Shown piece by piece: positions 1 through 8,908 of a stretch of 64,000 bases of DNA (position 1 is the stretch's first letter; every line of letters begins with the position of its first letter). The DNA is taken from sequence record OQ427096.1; one strand, written 5' to 3'. The notes below the pieces were generated by a model. That model was given only the letters and a program-made list of their open reading frames with translations. It did no database searches and was not told where the DNA came from. Made by a program: the position numbers and the translations under genes.

Positions 1-819
1 AACAAAACGCTATACAGTTACCCACCTGACCTCTCGGACGAGTCAGTACACCCAGCTGCGATCGAGTTCAAGTTCTTTGAGAGAAGCTCCCCTAGGGAAA
101 GCAGTCCTTTGAATACGGTCCATCTGTATATGCCCGAATCGGTTGCCCAGCCATCTACGGTTGACTGGGGCGACTCAAACCTCGGGTTCATCGGAAACGC
201 TATTAGATCAGCTGCCAACGGTGCTATGGCAGGACTCTCGGGCGGACTCAACGTAGGTAAGGCTATCGGGGACGCTGTCGGTATGGCAGGTGATGGTATG
301 CAGCTGTCAGGCGCCTATGGACTTGCCAACCTCGGAAGTGCTGCCGCTGGTCTAATGGGCGGTAACGTTACTGCGGAAGGACTAATGGGCGCTGTGGCTG
401 GTATGATCCCGAACCCGTATGTGACTGCGCTGTTCAAATGCGTGGGACTGCGTGAGTTTGCATTCGTCTTTAAGTTCTATCCATTCCGAGAAGAGGACTG
501 CCAGGAGATCTACGACATCATCTCTGTCTTCCGTGAGAACGCCTTGCCTTCATATAGTAAGGACTCTATGGGGACAGGTAATAACAAAGCACTGCTCAAC
601 TTCCCTTCTGAGTGTGACATCCGTTACCTATGGCAGGGAAAGGACAACGAGTGGATTCAAAAGTTCAAGCGTTCCGTCTGTACGTCTATCGACATTGACT
701 ATACTGGCCAAGGCATGTTCTCTACTATGAGAAACGGATTCCCTTCGGAGATCACAATGTCAACCAAGTGGAAGGAACTCGAGATTGTGACACGCGAAGA
801 CATCGTGGAGGGTTACTGA
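1..819 (+). CDS. gp48: Baseplate tail-tube cap, T4 gp48-like (5' truncated by window edge)
   Basis: Frame 1 is open from base 1 (NKTLYSYPPDL...). C-terminal motifs REFAFVFKFYP, FPSECDIRYL, SVCTSIDIDY and PSEITMSTKWKELE are typical of gp48. Sits directly upstream of gp53. Confidence 0.8.
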   Translation, partial: NKTLYSYPPDLSDESVHPAAIEFKFFERSSPRESSPLNTVHLYMPESVAQPSTVDWGDSNLGFIGNAIRSAANGAMAGLSGGLNVGKAIGDAVGMAGDGMQLSGAYGLANLGSAAAGLMGGNVTAEGLMGAVAGMIPNPYVTALFKCVGLREFAFVFKFYPFREEDCQEIYDIISVFRENALPSYSKDSMGTGNNKALLNFPSECDIRYLWQGKDNEWIQKFKRSVCTSIDIDYTGQGMFSTMRNGFPSEITMSTKWKELEIVTREDIVEGY

Positions 820-820
820 T

Positions 821-1360
821 ATGCCATCGTTCTTCAAGAAGTTTCCTGTACTCAGCTATACATTGGATGGGTACAACAAGGACGCTATGAACATCGTCAC
901 TGCGGCGGTGTTGAAGCGTATCAACGTGGACAAGTCCTATGTCTATCAGTCCTACGATGTGCCTAATGGTGCGACTGCGGAGTCACTTGCCTATGACCTC
1001 TACAAGGACCCTACTCTGTGTTGGGTGTTCTTCCTTGTCAATGGTATGGTGAATCCGTTGCTCGATTGGCCTATGGATGATTCCGTACTCGAGGAGTTCG
1101 TTGTTGCTAAGTATGGTAGCCTATACTCCGTTGTCTACTTCACGGACTTGGATGGCTATCGACTTGACGATGTGGCTGAGGCAGCTGTGCGTGCCTATGT
1201 AGATGCTGGTAACCCTATGCCTGCGAATGTTCATCCTGTGACTGCATTGGAAGCCGAATCAGAGTTGAACCGTAAGCGTGGAAAGATCGTCATTGTGGCT
1301 CCTCGCTATATCAACCAATTTGTAGACTTGTTCAATAAGAGCATTGAAGGAAAAGTATGA
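821..1360 (+). CDS. gp53: Baseplate wedge protein, T4 gp53-like (LysM-like)
   Basis: MPSFFKKFP start and Y-x-V..G..AESLAYDLYKDP.LCWVFFLVN...NPLLDWP motif characteristic of gp53. Confidence 0.85.
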   Translation: MPSFFKKFPVLSYTLDGYNKDAMNIVTAAVLKRINVDKSYVYQSYDVPNGATAESLAYDLYKDPTLCWVFFLVNGMVNPLLDWPMDDSVLEEFVVAKYGSLYSVVYFTDLDGYRLDDVAEAAVRAYVDAGNPMPANVHPVTALEAESELNRKRGKIVIVAPRYINQFVDLFNKSIEGKV

Positions 1361-2586
1361 CCACTGCTACGACTAGTGCCAACTATGGTGACCTCAAGAA
1401 GTTTGTCGTCACCATTGGCGATGTTGATGTCTCTGCTGCTGTGATCAGTGCACATGTCTTTCAGGAGATCTTCTCTCCTACGACTACTGCCATTGTGAAC
1501 TTCCTCGATACATCTAATCTGTTGATGACTCTCCCTATCCGTTCTGGTACTCGTATCAAAGTGGAGATTGAGACTGATATGGCGTCTATTGGTGATGGTG
1601 AGCAGTCGTGGGAGTTCGTCATCTACAAGATCGCTGATAAGGTGGCTAGTTCCCAGGGTGTGTTGGAGTACTCTGTCTATGCAGCCGACGAGGCCTTCCT
1701 ACTCAATCAGACAAAGCGTATCAAGAGATCCTATGCAGGTAAGAAGGTCTCGGACATTGCTACATCCGTTGTTCGAGAAGCCTTTGGTAAGAAGGTAGAC
1801 GTTGATGCTTCCGACAATACGATGCAGATGATCGTGCCTGGGTGGACTCCGTTCCATACTATGTCGTGGTTGTTGCAGACTGCCACAAAGGATGGCGCTG
1901 CCGACTATGCCTTCTATCAGCAGGCTAACGGCGACTTCGCGTTCAAGTCGTTCGAAGGACTCTATTCCGATCCTGACGAGTACGCGGGTATCACATTCCA
2001 GGTGCGCCCAGCTAATCTAAAGGACAACAAGGGTGATTCACTCTACGACTATGCCACTACCATTGGTGTCTATTGGTTTGACCACTTCGACGGACTGAGT
2101 AACATCGCATCGGGTTACTACTCCTCAAAGACTGCGTCCTATGACTTCAAGACCAAGGCATGGGAAACAAAGACGTTCAAGTTTGGTGATGACAACGCGC
2201 AGGACAAGAAGTACCTGAAGGTAGACTCGGAGTATCTCATGGATGCCGAGGATGCGAACATTTCGTTCATTCCTAAGCATAGTGGCATGTTCAAGAATGC
2301 AGCGTATTCGGATACTGCCGATGCCTGGATTGCCTCCCGTAAGTCTTCATTGATGAAGTTCGAGCAAGACAAGTTGATCATTCAGTTCCCAGGAACGGCG
2401 GGCGCAGCTAGATGGTTCGCGAAGTCCGTTGATGTGGACCTACCTGCTCAGGACTCTATGTCCGATGAAGAGTTCGATACTCAACGTCGTGGTCGCTATG
2501 TCATCACTCACATGGCTCACATGATCAACAAAGACACCTACAAGATCAACGCTGAGCTGGTCAAGAAGAGACTCGAGGAAGCATAA
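1357..2586 (+). CDS. Baseplate hub protein (gp27/tail-hub-like)
   Basis: Lies between gp53 and gp5 with an ATGA overlap. Has IVPGWTPF..MSWL, YAFYQ...F.FKSFE.L and GRYVITHMAHMI motifs seen in contractile-tail hub proteins. Confidence 0.65.
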   Translation: MTTATTSANYGDLKKFVVTIGDVDVSAAVISAHVFQEIFSPTTTAIVNFLDTSNLLMTLPIRSGTRIKVEIETDMASIGDGEQSWEFVIYKIADKVASSQGVLEYSVYAADEAFLLNQTKRIKRSYAGKKVSDIATSVVREAFGKKVDVDASDNTMQMIVPGWTPFHTMSWLLQTATKDGAADYAFYQQANGDFAFKSFEGLYSDPDEYAGITFQVRPANLKDNKGDSLYDYATTIGVYWFDHFDGLSNIASGYYSSKTASYDFKTKAWETKTFKFGDDNAQDKKYLKVDSEYLMDAEDANISFIPKHSGMFKNAAYSDTADAWIASRKSSLMKFEQDKLIIQFPGTAGAARWFAKSVDVDLPAQDSMSDEEFDTQRRGRYVITHMAHMINKDTYKINAELVKKRLEEA

Positions 2587-2695
2587 CAGCTGACTGAGCG
2601 CGCGTACCGCTGCTCTGTTTACTCGGTCAAGACCTACATACACCAATGCGATGACTTGCTCAGGTAAGCCATCATTCTATCAATAAGAGAGTTCT

Positions 2696-4090
2696 ATGTC
2701 GCAGGTACACAATTTTTCGTTCGGTGGCGGTGCCTTCGAATGGTTCATCGGAGTTGTCGAGGATAGAAATGATCCAGAGAAGCTGGGTCGTCTCCGTGTT
2801 CGTGCATTCGGCTACTATGATGACGAAGCCATTCCGACTTCCGACCTACCATGGGCTGTGCCTATGCAGCCTATCACTTCTTCCGCTAAGGGTGGTGTAG
2901 GTTCTTCTCCTACAGGTATTCAAGAAGGCTCCCACGTGGTTGGGTTCTTTGCCGACGGAAAGAATGCTCAGACTCCTATCATCATGGGTACACTCGCAGG
3001 TGCTCCGGGAGGGAAGCCTGATACGAACAATCTTGCTCGTGGTGAAGACCTCGGACAGACCGTCATTGCCGAGAAGGTGAAAGCCGTCAAGATGTCCTTG
3101 GCGAATAGCAATGCGCTTAGTGGACTGTCTGCTGCCACCAACATGGCGAACAAGATCAACTCGACTGTCAAGGATGCTAAGTCTAAGTTGAATAGTGTTC
3201 GTGATCAGTTCTCGAACATCGCAGGTCTGTCGAATCTTCCTTTCATGGCTGGGTTGAACAATATCTCATCTACCATGACACAGATCGCCACACTCCCATC
3301 TGAGGCTAAGGCACTGCAAGCCCAGGTTGAAGGCGAGGTACTCGCGATCAAGGGACAAATCGAGAACCTGAAGAACCTCGACCCTGAGGCACTGGCAAGA
3401 CAGTTGGTACAGAATCAGGTAGGTGATGTGGAAGCCGCAGTGAGGGCAATCAAGTCACTCGACTTCGACTCTGTGATGAGTTCTATCCAGAGCATTCCAA
3501 TGGCGATCGGACAGATCGGTCGTCTCCAGGATGCCATCGCTAATGCAGGGAACATCGGAAAGATTGTAACTACGATTCAAGGGCTGTCGAGATCTATTCC
3601 GAATCTCGCATCCATCCGAGCACTGGGTACGACGATCTCATCAATGAACGGATGGTTGGAGCCTACTACTATGGCTGCACCACTCTATCCATTGAATAAG
3701 ATCATGGAGACCGAAGGAGGTCACCTACAGGAGTTCGACGACACACCTGGTAAGGAACGCTTCCATCAGTACCACCCAACAGGCACGTTCAAGGAAGTAC
3801 ACCCGGATGGATCCAATGTCGATAAGGTGGTCAAGGACAACTACCGTGTCGTGATGGGTGATGACTACCTGCACGTAGAAGGAAAAGTTCAAGTCAACAT
3901 CGTTGGTGATGCGACAGTCGTAGTCAATGGTGATTGCACCACACAGGTATCTGGTAACAAGACAGATATCGTGAACGGAAATTATTCATTGGCAGCCGGA
4001 GGCAATGTGTCTATCGCATCAGGTGGAGCAATGACCATCGGTGCAGCTACTCAGATGGCTATTCGTGCAATGATGATCAATCTCAATTGA
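2696..4090 (+). CDS. gp5: Baseplate central spike, gp5/VgrG-like, without lysozyme domain
   Basis: N-terminal OB-fold motif WFIGVVEDRNDPEKLGRLRVR...LPWA, then YP.NK..ETEGGH..EFDDTPGKER...HPTGT and C-terminal beta-helix repeats ending INLN. Confidence 0.9.
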   Translation: MSQVHNFSFGGGAFEWFIGVVEDRNDPEKLGRLRVRAFGYYDDEAIPTSDLPWAVPMQPITSSAKGGVGSSPTGIQEGSHVVGFFADGKNAQTPIIMGTLAGAPGGKPDTNNLARGEDLGQTVIAEKVKAVKMSLANSNALSGLSAATNMANKINSTVKDAKSKLNSVRDQFSNIAGLSNLPFMAGLNNISSTMTQIATLPSEAKALQAQVEGEVLAIKGQIENLKNLDPEALARQLVQNQVGDVEAAVRAIKSLDFDSVMSSIQSIPMAIGQIGRLQDAIANAGNIGKIVTTIQGLSRSIPNLASIRALGTTISSMNGWLEPTTMAAPLYPLNKIMETEGGHLQEFDDTPGKERFHQYHPTGTFKEVHPDGSNVDKVVKDNYRVVMGDDYLHVEGKVQVNIVGDATVVVNGDCTTQVSGNKTDIVNGNYSLAAGGNVSIASGGAMTIGAATQMAIRAMMINLN

Positions 4091-4258
4091 TCAAGGTATG
4101 CCTTAAACCCTGGGTTGAGCTGGTTCTTGACCCAGGCACCTTTCTTTCTAACTTTTCTTTCTGATAAATCAAATTATACAGAACGGTCCAATACGGTGTC
4201 CACAGGACTAAGGACTTGTACCTTTGATAAATATCGTGACCTAACAGAGACCCATACA

Positions 4259-4651
4259 ATGTCCAACTTTCAGCAATTCCTACAAGAAGCATCCCTCAAA
4301 GAGTGCGACGAGCTCAATGAAAGCCTAATCCGTTCCGCAGGTGCGTCTTTATACGGCAAGGCTAAGACTACTCCTGATCACGTCGCATCCCAGGAAAAGG
4401 GACATGTGAACATTCACACCTATAAGACCATCCGTCGATCGGGTAGTGATAAGGAAAAGACCTATCACGTCGTGAGTCATGGCCCTTACCGTAACAGTGG
4501 TACCCATAAGATCGGTTCTCAGCATACCCATGGGTCTGGCGGACAGGCATCTAAGTTGGTCGGCGTCTCCGAATACAAGAACGGAAAGAAGACGAAGACT
4601 CACGGTGAAGACCACTCTGCCAACTCCCACTCCATTCACGTGTTCAAGTAA
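4259..4651 (+). CDS. Small basic His-rich protein with capsid-targeting-like N-terminus (putative internal head protein)
   Basis: Starts MSNFQQFLQEA at 4259 (track ORF 4115 is probably over-extended). TAAATA at 4228-4233 upstream. 12 His in 130 aa. Confidence 0.6.
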   Translation: MSNFQQFLQEASLKECDELNESLIRSAGASLYGKAKTTPDHVASQEKGHVNIHTYKTIRRSGSDKEKTYHVVSHGPYRNSGTHKIGSQHTHGSGGQASKLVGVSEYKNGKKTKTHGEDHSANSHSIHVFK

Positions 4652-4691
4652 GTCGTAAATAGAATAGAGACAACCCAAGGAACTTTTCATA

Positions 4692-5123
4692 ATGCCAAGC
4701 TCGACCTCTACAAATTACCAGTTCAACAAGTTCATGGAATACTTCCTGAAGGGAACTGCGTACACTCCGCCTACTTCGGTTTGGCTTGCCCTGTTCACGA
4801 CTGTGCCTAGCCTTGCTGGTACGGGTGGTGTCGAGGTAAGCACATCAGGTACCGCATACGGACGTAAGCAGATCCTTTCAACAGGTACTTCGTGGAACGG
4901 TCCATCCGGTACCAACCAGGAATGGTCCAATGCAGCCGACGTCACCTATAACGTGCCAACAGGAAACTGGGGTACCGTCACGGGTGCAGGACTGTACGAC
5001 GCCGAAACTGGCGGTAACCTACTCTACATCGCAACACTGGCAACTGCCAAGACGGTCAACAACGGTGACGGTGCGCCACGCGTACTCGCAGGACAGTTGA
5101 AGATCAGTCGCGCTACTTGCTGA
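4692..5123 (+). CDS. Small virion/tail structural protein
   Basis: PTSVWLALFT..P...GVEVS...Y.R...WGTVTGAGLYDAETGGNLL pattern seen in small beta-rich phage tail proteins. TAAATA at 4656 upstream. Confidence 0.6.
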   Translation: MPSSTSTNYQFNKFMEYFLKGTAYTPPTSVWLALFTTVPSLAGTGGVEVSTSGTAYGRKQILSTGTSWNGPSGTNQEWSNAADVTYNVPTGNWGTVTGAGLYDAETGGNLLYIATLATAKTVNNGDGAPRVLAGQLKISRATC

Positions 5124-5137
5124 TTGTTGGAAACACG

Positions 5138-5168
5138 AAAAAGCCCAGGCGATGAACCTGGGCTTTTT
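5138..5168. terminator. Bidirectional rho-independent terminator
   Basis: AAAAA-GCCCAGG-cgatgaa-CCTGGGC-TTTTT at the convergence of the + structural genes and the - strand island. Confidence 0.85.
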
Positions 5169-5182
5169 CACGGCAAGTGATC

Positions 5183-5608
5183 TTAGGTCGTTGCGATCAG
5201 CCTGACAAACTCTTCGGGACTGAGCATGTTTTCCTTGACACCGTAGTACGCCGTATGACCGACCACGCCATCCAGGAAACAGATCTGGGTGTAATGCGCC
5301 CACTGGGTCGATTTGTTGCCTTTGACGAGACGGTGGTTGCCGTCGTCATCGAACTCGTGGCGCATCTGTTCTTCTTCGAGAGCGATCCAGGTTCCTTCAT
5401 CCAGCGGACCTACGACTGCTTCGACTTCCTTCAGCCACAGTCCCCAGGCTGCTTCGTATTCGCCCTGCATTTCGGCGTTGTCCCAACTCCGCGTTTCTGC
5501 GTTGTAGTACTTGGCCTTGATGTCGTGTGCCTTCTCGTAGTTGGCAGACTTGTTCCGCAGGGCGGTGTATTCGCTGTGGTGAATGCTGTTCATGGTCTTT
5601 GTGCTCAC
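5183..5608 (-). CDS. Hypothetical protein
   Basis: 141 aa ORF in a tightly packed - strand run; start overlaps the stop of the upstream gene. Confidence 0.7.
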   Translation of the reverse strand: MSTKTMNSIHHSEYTALRNKSANYEKAHDIKAKYYNAETRSWDNAEMQGEYEAAWGLWLKEVEAVVGPLDEGTWIALEEEQMRHEFDDDGNHRLVKGNKSTQWAHYTQICFLDGVVGHTAYYGVKENMLSPEEFVRLIATT

Positions 5609-6063
5609 TTGATGATGGGTTGGGCTTGCTTCGACTGGTCGTACTCCGGATCATCCGGGAACCTGCCGAAGCGGTCGGGGATCAGCGCCTGTACGAAGCC
5701 TACCGGCATGTCACTATAGAATATACCGACAGCGGTAGCGTATTCTTCGAGCGCCTTCCCGGTGTCCGCTTCCACAACACGGATGGCGTGTTCGGTACCA
5801 TCACGGAACACCAACAGTCCCTCGTTGTCGCCCATGACGAACTTCTCCTTCTTCTGCCAGCCGCTGATCAGGTCAGTGATCAACTTCTCTGCAATCATGG
5901 GATGAATGTTCCCGACCATGATCACTTCGGGCCAGCCGCGTTCCGTCAAACCGACGGTGTACACAAACCCAGGATCCTTGTCTTCTGGATCAAACACACC
6001 GACCATGGTGTAACCGTTGAGTTCGATTTTGACGGCCAGTTCGATGGCGAGCATTTCGTTCAT
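5605..6063 (-). CDS. DUF4262-like protein
   Basis: Start MNEML at 6063 (TGATG overlap). VFDP....GFVYTVGL...GWPEVIMVG and Q.L.PDR.GRFP.DP.Y motifs recalled for DUF4262. Confidence 0.6.
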   Translation of the reverse strand: MNEMLAIELAVKIELNGYTMVGVFDPEDKDPGFVYTVGLTERGWPEVIMVGNIHPMIAEKLITDLISGWQKKEKFVMGDNEGLLVFRDGTEHAIRVVEADTGKALEEYATAVGIFYSDMPVGFVQALIPDRFGRFPDDPEYDQSKQAQPIIK

Positions 6064-6314
6064 CAGTTCTTCTCCAGTTGAGAGCTGTTCACTTCGATCA
6101 ACACGCGCGTCTTTCCCAGACGCACCGCATGCAGTACTCCGTCCTTTGTGTAGAACGGCATGACGATGGGACCCTGAGGACGCATACCGCCACCGATGGT
6201 CCACACCCATTCCTTGAAGTCCGGTTTCTCCATCCGGTCCTCAATCCACTTGCGTTGGAACTCGGTGAGATTGTAGGACTTGATGTTCTTCTCGAATCGT
6301 TCCTTAGTGATCAT
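6063..6314 (-). CDS. Hypothetical protein, paralog of 7243-7488
   Basis: 83 aa; shares YNxTxFQRxW...DFKxW...DG..AVxLGxTxVL with 7243-7488. Confidence 0.7.
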   Translation of the reverse strand: MITKERFEKNIKSYNLTEFQRKWIEDRMEKPDFKEWVWTIGGGMRPQGPIVMPFYTKDGVLHAVRLGKTRVLIEVNSSQLEKN

Positions 6315-6317
6315 GGC

Positions 6318-6713
6318 TCAGCATTCCTCGAGCTTGATCTTGGAACCCATAAACTCTTCCCACGCCGGAATGTCCTTCTTCTTTCCGTAGAACGCGAGAC
6401 TGACATACAGCCGTCCCTGCATGCCCTGTTCCGTGTAGGTGACCTTGTTGGCCAGCTTCTTCGGAAGACCCAGGTCGATCAGTCCCTGACGGAACTCGCG
6501 CAGGAACTTCTCGTCGGTGTAGATGAAGCCGTCGTTGCGAACCTGCCACGTCTTGGCATCGAAACGCGCGTCGATGTAGAGCGTCGCGTCATCCTCACCA
6601 TCGTAGCAGTATGCCTGGGCGATCTTGATCGCATTGATCAGGACTTCCTTCTTTGCGGTTGACCAATGACCGCGACCACTGGTGTTTGCGAACAGTTCAA
6701 CCTTCATGAGCAT
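6318..6713 (-). CDS. Hypothetical phage protein
   Basis: 131 aa ORF packed between neighbours; G.G.WS and YTEQGMQG..YVS motifs. Confidence 0.7.
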   Translation of the reverse strand: MLMKVELFANTSGRGHWSTAKKEVLINAIKIAQAYCYDGEDDATLYIDARFDAKTWQVRNDGFIYTDEKFLREFRQGLIDLGLPKKLANKVTYTEQGMQGRLYVSLAFYGKKKDIPAWEEFMGSKIKLEEC

Positions 6714-6717
6714 GTCC

Positions 6718-7104
6718 TCAGATGTTTTCGATCATGTGAGCGCGATAGCAGCGTGCCTTACTGCAATGCGGCTGGCGGAACATCAACTTGTTCTTGTGGG
6801 TCTTAGAACAGTAGGGGCAAGTGTCGGTGAGTTCAACTGCCCAGACCGCTTTGTAGGTCGCCGTTTGTTCCACCGAAGCCTTCTGACGGTCGACAAAGAA
6901 CGCACCGAAAGCGCACACTCCCTGTTTCACCTGATAGGAGCGACCCTGTGCACCGACTGCATCACCGACTTCGCCTTTCAGGAACTTCTCGAAGTCTGCC
7001 TGGGTGTATTCGGCGATCTTCGGATACTGCTCCTTCATCATCTTCTGGACTTCGGTGTCTTTGAAGATCTTGTTGAGCTGCTTTGCGAGTTCGGTGGTCT
7101 TCAT
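6718..7104 (-). CDS. Hypothetical protein with C-terminal Cys cluster (possible Zn binding)
   Basis: Likely start MKTTEL at 7104, downstream of the promoter at 7137-7166. Contains CPYC...HCSKARC. Confidence 0.65.
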   Translation of the reverse strand: MKTTELAKQLNKIFKDTEVQKMMKEQYPKIAEYTQADFEKFLKGEVGDAVGAQGRSYQVKQGVCAFGAFFVDRQKASVEQTATYKAVWAVELTDTCPYCSKTHKNKLMFRQPHCSKARCYRAHMIENI

Positions 7105-7136
7105 TTCTGGTTGCCCTACTGTTTGTCCGTGCCACA

Positions 7137-7166
7137 ATTATATAGAACTTTCGTGTCCTGGGACAA
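7137..7166 (-). promoter_or_regulatory. Sigma70-like early promoter
   Basis: Minus strand TTGTCC-N18-TATAAT. Confidence 0.65.
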
Positions 7167-7210
7167 TCTTATAGATCAGACACTTACGTATCTGTGTGAA
7201 TTTTAGCCGT

Positions 7211-7240
7211 GAAAGAGCCCGGATTTCTCCGGGCCCCTTG
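7211..7240 (-). terminator. Rho-independent terminator
   Basis: Minus strand GCCCGGA-gaaa-TCCGGGC followed by TCTTTC, just after the stop of 7243-7488. Confidence 0.65.
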
Positions 7241-7242
7241 TA

Positions 7243-7488
7243 TTACTTGGTCTCTGCCAGGACTTCGGTACGTCCCAGATGCACAGCCCGCAGCCCGTCC
7301 TCGGTCATGTAGGCCAGGACCAGCTTGCCCTCGACACGCTTGGGCTTGGAGCGGGTATGGAGCCAGTACTTGAAGTCTGCCTCTTCCTGCTTCCGCTCCA
7401 TCCATTCACGCTGGAAGGGAGTCGGGTTGTAGAGCGCCAGCTTGTCGCTGGAGTCGGACACGGTCTGGGTTTCCATTTCGTCACACAT
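7243..7488 (-). CDS. Hypothetical protein, paralog of 6063-6314
   Basis: 81 aa with GAGGAG RBS; own promoter upstream and terminator downstream. Confidence 0.7.
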   Translation of the reverse strand: MCDEMETQTVSDSSDKLALYNPTPFQREWMERKQEEADFKYWLHTRSKPKRVEGKLVLAYMTEDGLRAVHLGRTEVLAETK

Positions 7489-7531
7489 GATCTACTCCTC
7501 TGTTATTTCAGCCTCCGATTGAGGCAATCAA

Positions 7532-7560
7532 ACTGTAACGGAGTTCTTTCTGCAGGACAA
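7532..7560 (-). promoter_or_regulatory. Sigma70-like early promoter
   Basis: Minus strand TTGTCC-N17-TACAGT; same -35 hexamer as the 7137-7166 promoter. Confidence 0.55.
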
Positions 7561-7604
7561 CCACTTTGTGAAGGTTGCGGAGTCCGCTGATCTGTGTTTA
7601 GAAA

Positions 7605-7832
7605 TTACGACCACTCCGGTCCCGTTTCATCGACCCCAGAGCCACGGGTCCTCTCTACCAACTCCTTGACTAGCGGCTTGACGGTGTAGTAATAGAGCAT
7701 GGGTCTCTGTTCCATCTCAGCTGCATTGAGGCGCCTTTCCTCTGCGACTGCTTCTTCCTTTGTCTCGAATGGTCCCTGTACAGAGACGATGTTACAACCC
7801 ACTCGATAGTGTTCAACGATTACGTATGCCAT
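7605..7832 (-). CDS. Hypothetical protein
   Basis: Probable start MAYVIVE at 7832, just after the stop of the upstream ORF. Confidence 0.55.
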   Translation of the reverse strand: MAYVIVEHYRVGCNIVSVQGPFETKEEAVAEERRLNAAEMEQRPMLYYYTVKPLVKELVERTRGSGVDETGPEWS

Positions 7833-7836
7833 TGTC

Positions 7837-8037
7837 TTAGTCCCATAGTCCGCTGTGTGACTCATCTTTGAACCACTGCTTGGCACGTTCCTGTTCCGAC
7901 TCGGTCATGAGTGGGTATGCTGCATTAACCAACCCATGTCTCTTGCAGACAAGATTCTGTCTTGCTCGGATGCTGCTACTCCAGTCCCATAGGATGGGTC
8001 GAAGCAGTTGGTTGATGTATTCCTCTCTGTAGCTCAT
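7837..8037 (-). CDS. Hypothetical protein
   Basis: Start MSYREE overlaps the ATP-grasp stop (ATGA). Confidence 0.55.
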   Translation of the reverse strand: MSYREEYINQLLRPILWDWSSSIRARQNLVCKRHGLVNAAYPLMTESEQERAKQWFKDESHSGLWD

Positions 8038-8840
8038 AGCTTCTCTGCCCATTCGGTCATTGCGGTTACGATCTTATCAATGCGGTGGTCGTAGAAACCT
8101 GCGCAGTTGAAAGTGTTGAATTCGATCACCTTCATTCCATCCTCTGTATCGGCGACGTCCATAACACAGCAAGGATGAGGCAACCACTTGTCTGCGAGTG
8201 CCTGAGCGTGTTTGTAGGCTTCGGGATCGTTCAAGTGCTCAGACATGAGCCGTCCGCCGAAACGATACAGTGAGCCATCGATCACCTTTCCGTCGACAAT
8301 GAACCATCGCGACTCGCAGTAGATGTGCTTTACTGCGGCTACGATGACCTGTGTGTCTTCGCCAAACTCAAACGAACCAGAACGAGGACTCTGCATCCAG
8401 TCTCGGATGTCTGCCGTATCTGCGACAGTACCGTTGAAGGCTTTGAGATCCTTGACCGGACGAATGAACCACTTCTTGTCGTCGGCGCAGTCTCGGAAAT
8501 AGCGATTCAGCTCTTTGATTGTCAGGTGAATGCAATCGCCATTGAGCATATCGTCACGTTCCGCATTCCATCGGATAGCGTCGAAACGTTCGTTGTCGTA
8601 GCAGTTGCCTTTCCATTTCCGCTCGTTGGCCATCTTCGCCAACTTGACTGAGCCGTAGGGAATGATCACTGTGTCGTCCGGGATGTTCTCATACTCTGAT
8701 TCGTTGCCGAACTCTAGAGAAAACGGAATGACCGATGCTTCGACGGTCTGACAACCCAATGCCTTTGCCGCATTCCATACAGCCTCAGCCGTGTGATCTG
8801 CTACTAGGTTTGTCTGTACTGCCCATGTGACTTTGTTCAT
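8034..8840 (-). CDS. ATP-grasp domain protein (DUF4343/R2K-like)
   Basis: Start MNKVTW at 8840 with AAGGAG RBS. Motifs IIPYGS, WFIRPVKDLKAFNG, ESRWFIVDGKV, VMDVA......KVIEFNTFNCAGFY. Confidence 0.75.
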   Translation of the reverse strand: MNKVTWAVQTNLVADHTAEAVWNAAKALGCQTVEASVIPFSLEFGNESEYENIPDDTVIIPYGSVKLAKMANERKWKGNCYDNERFDAIRWNAERDDMLNGDCIHLTIKELNRYFRDCADDKKWFIRPVKDLKAFNGTVADTADIRDWMQSPRSGSFEFGEDTQVIVAAVKHIYCESRWFIVDGKVIDGSLYRFGGRLMSEHLNDPEAYKHAQALADKWLPHPCCVMDVADTEDGMKVIEFNTFNCAGFYDHRIDKIVTAMTEWAEKL

Positions 8841-8908
8841 AGTTCGCTCCTTATGCCACGGCAATAGCCAGGTTTCCCTGGCTACCACCAACCCCTACTA
8901 CGAGGTTT

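Noticed and set aside
8865-8884. TAGCCAGG-gaaa-CCTGGCTA hairpin between flotillin and ATP-grasp genes as a terminator
   Set aside because: It lacks a U-tract on the coding (minus) strand. More likely an mRNA stabilising or processing hairpin, so it is not called as a terminator.
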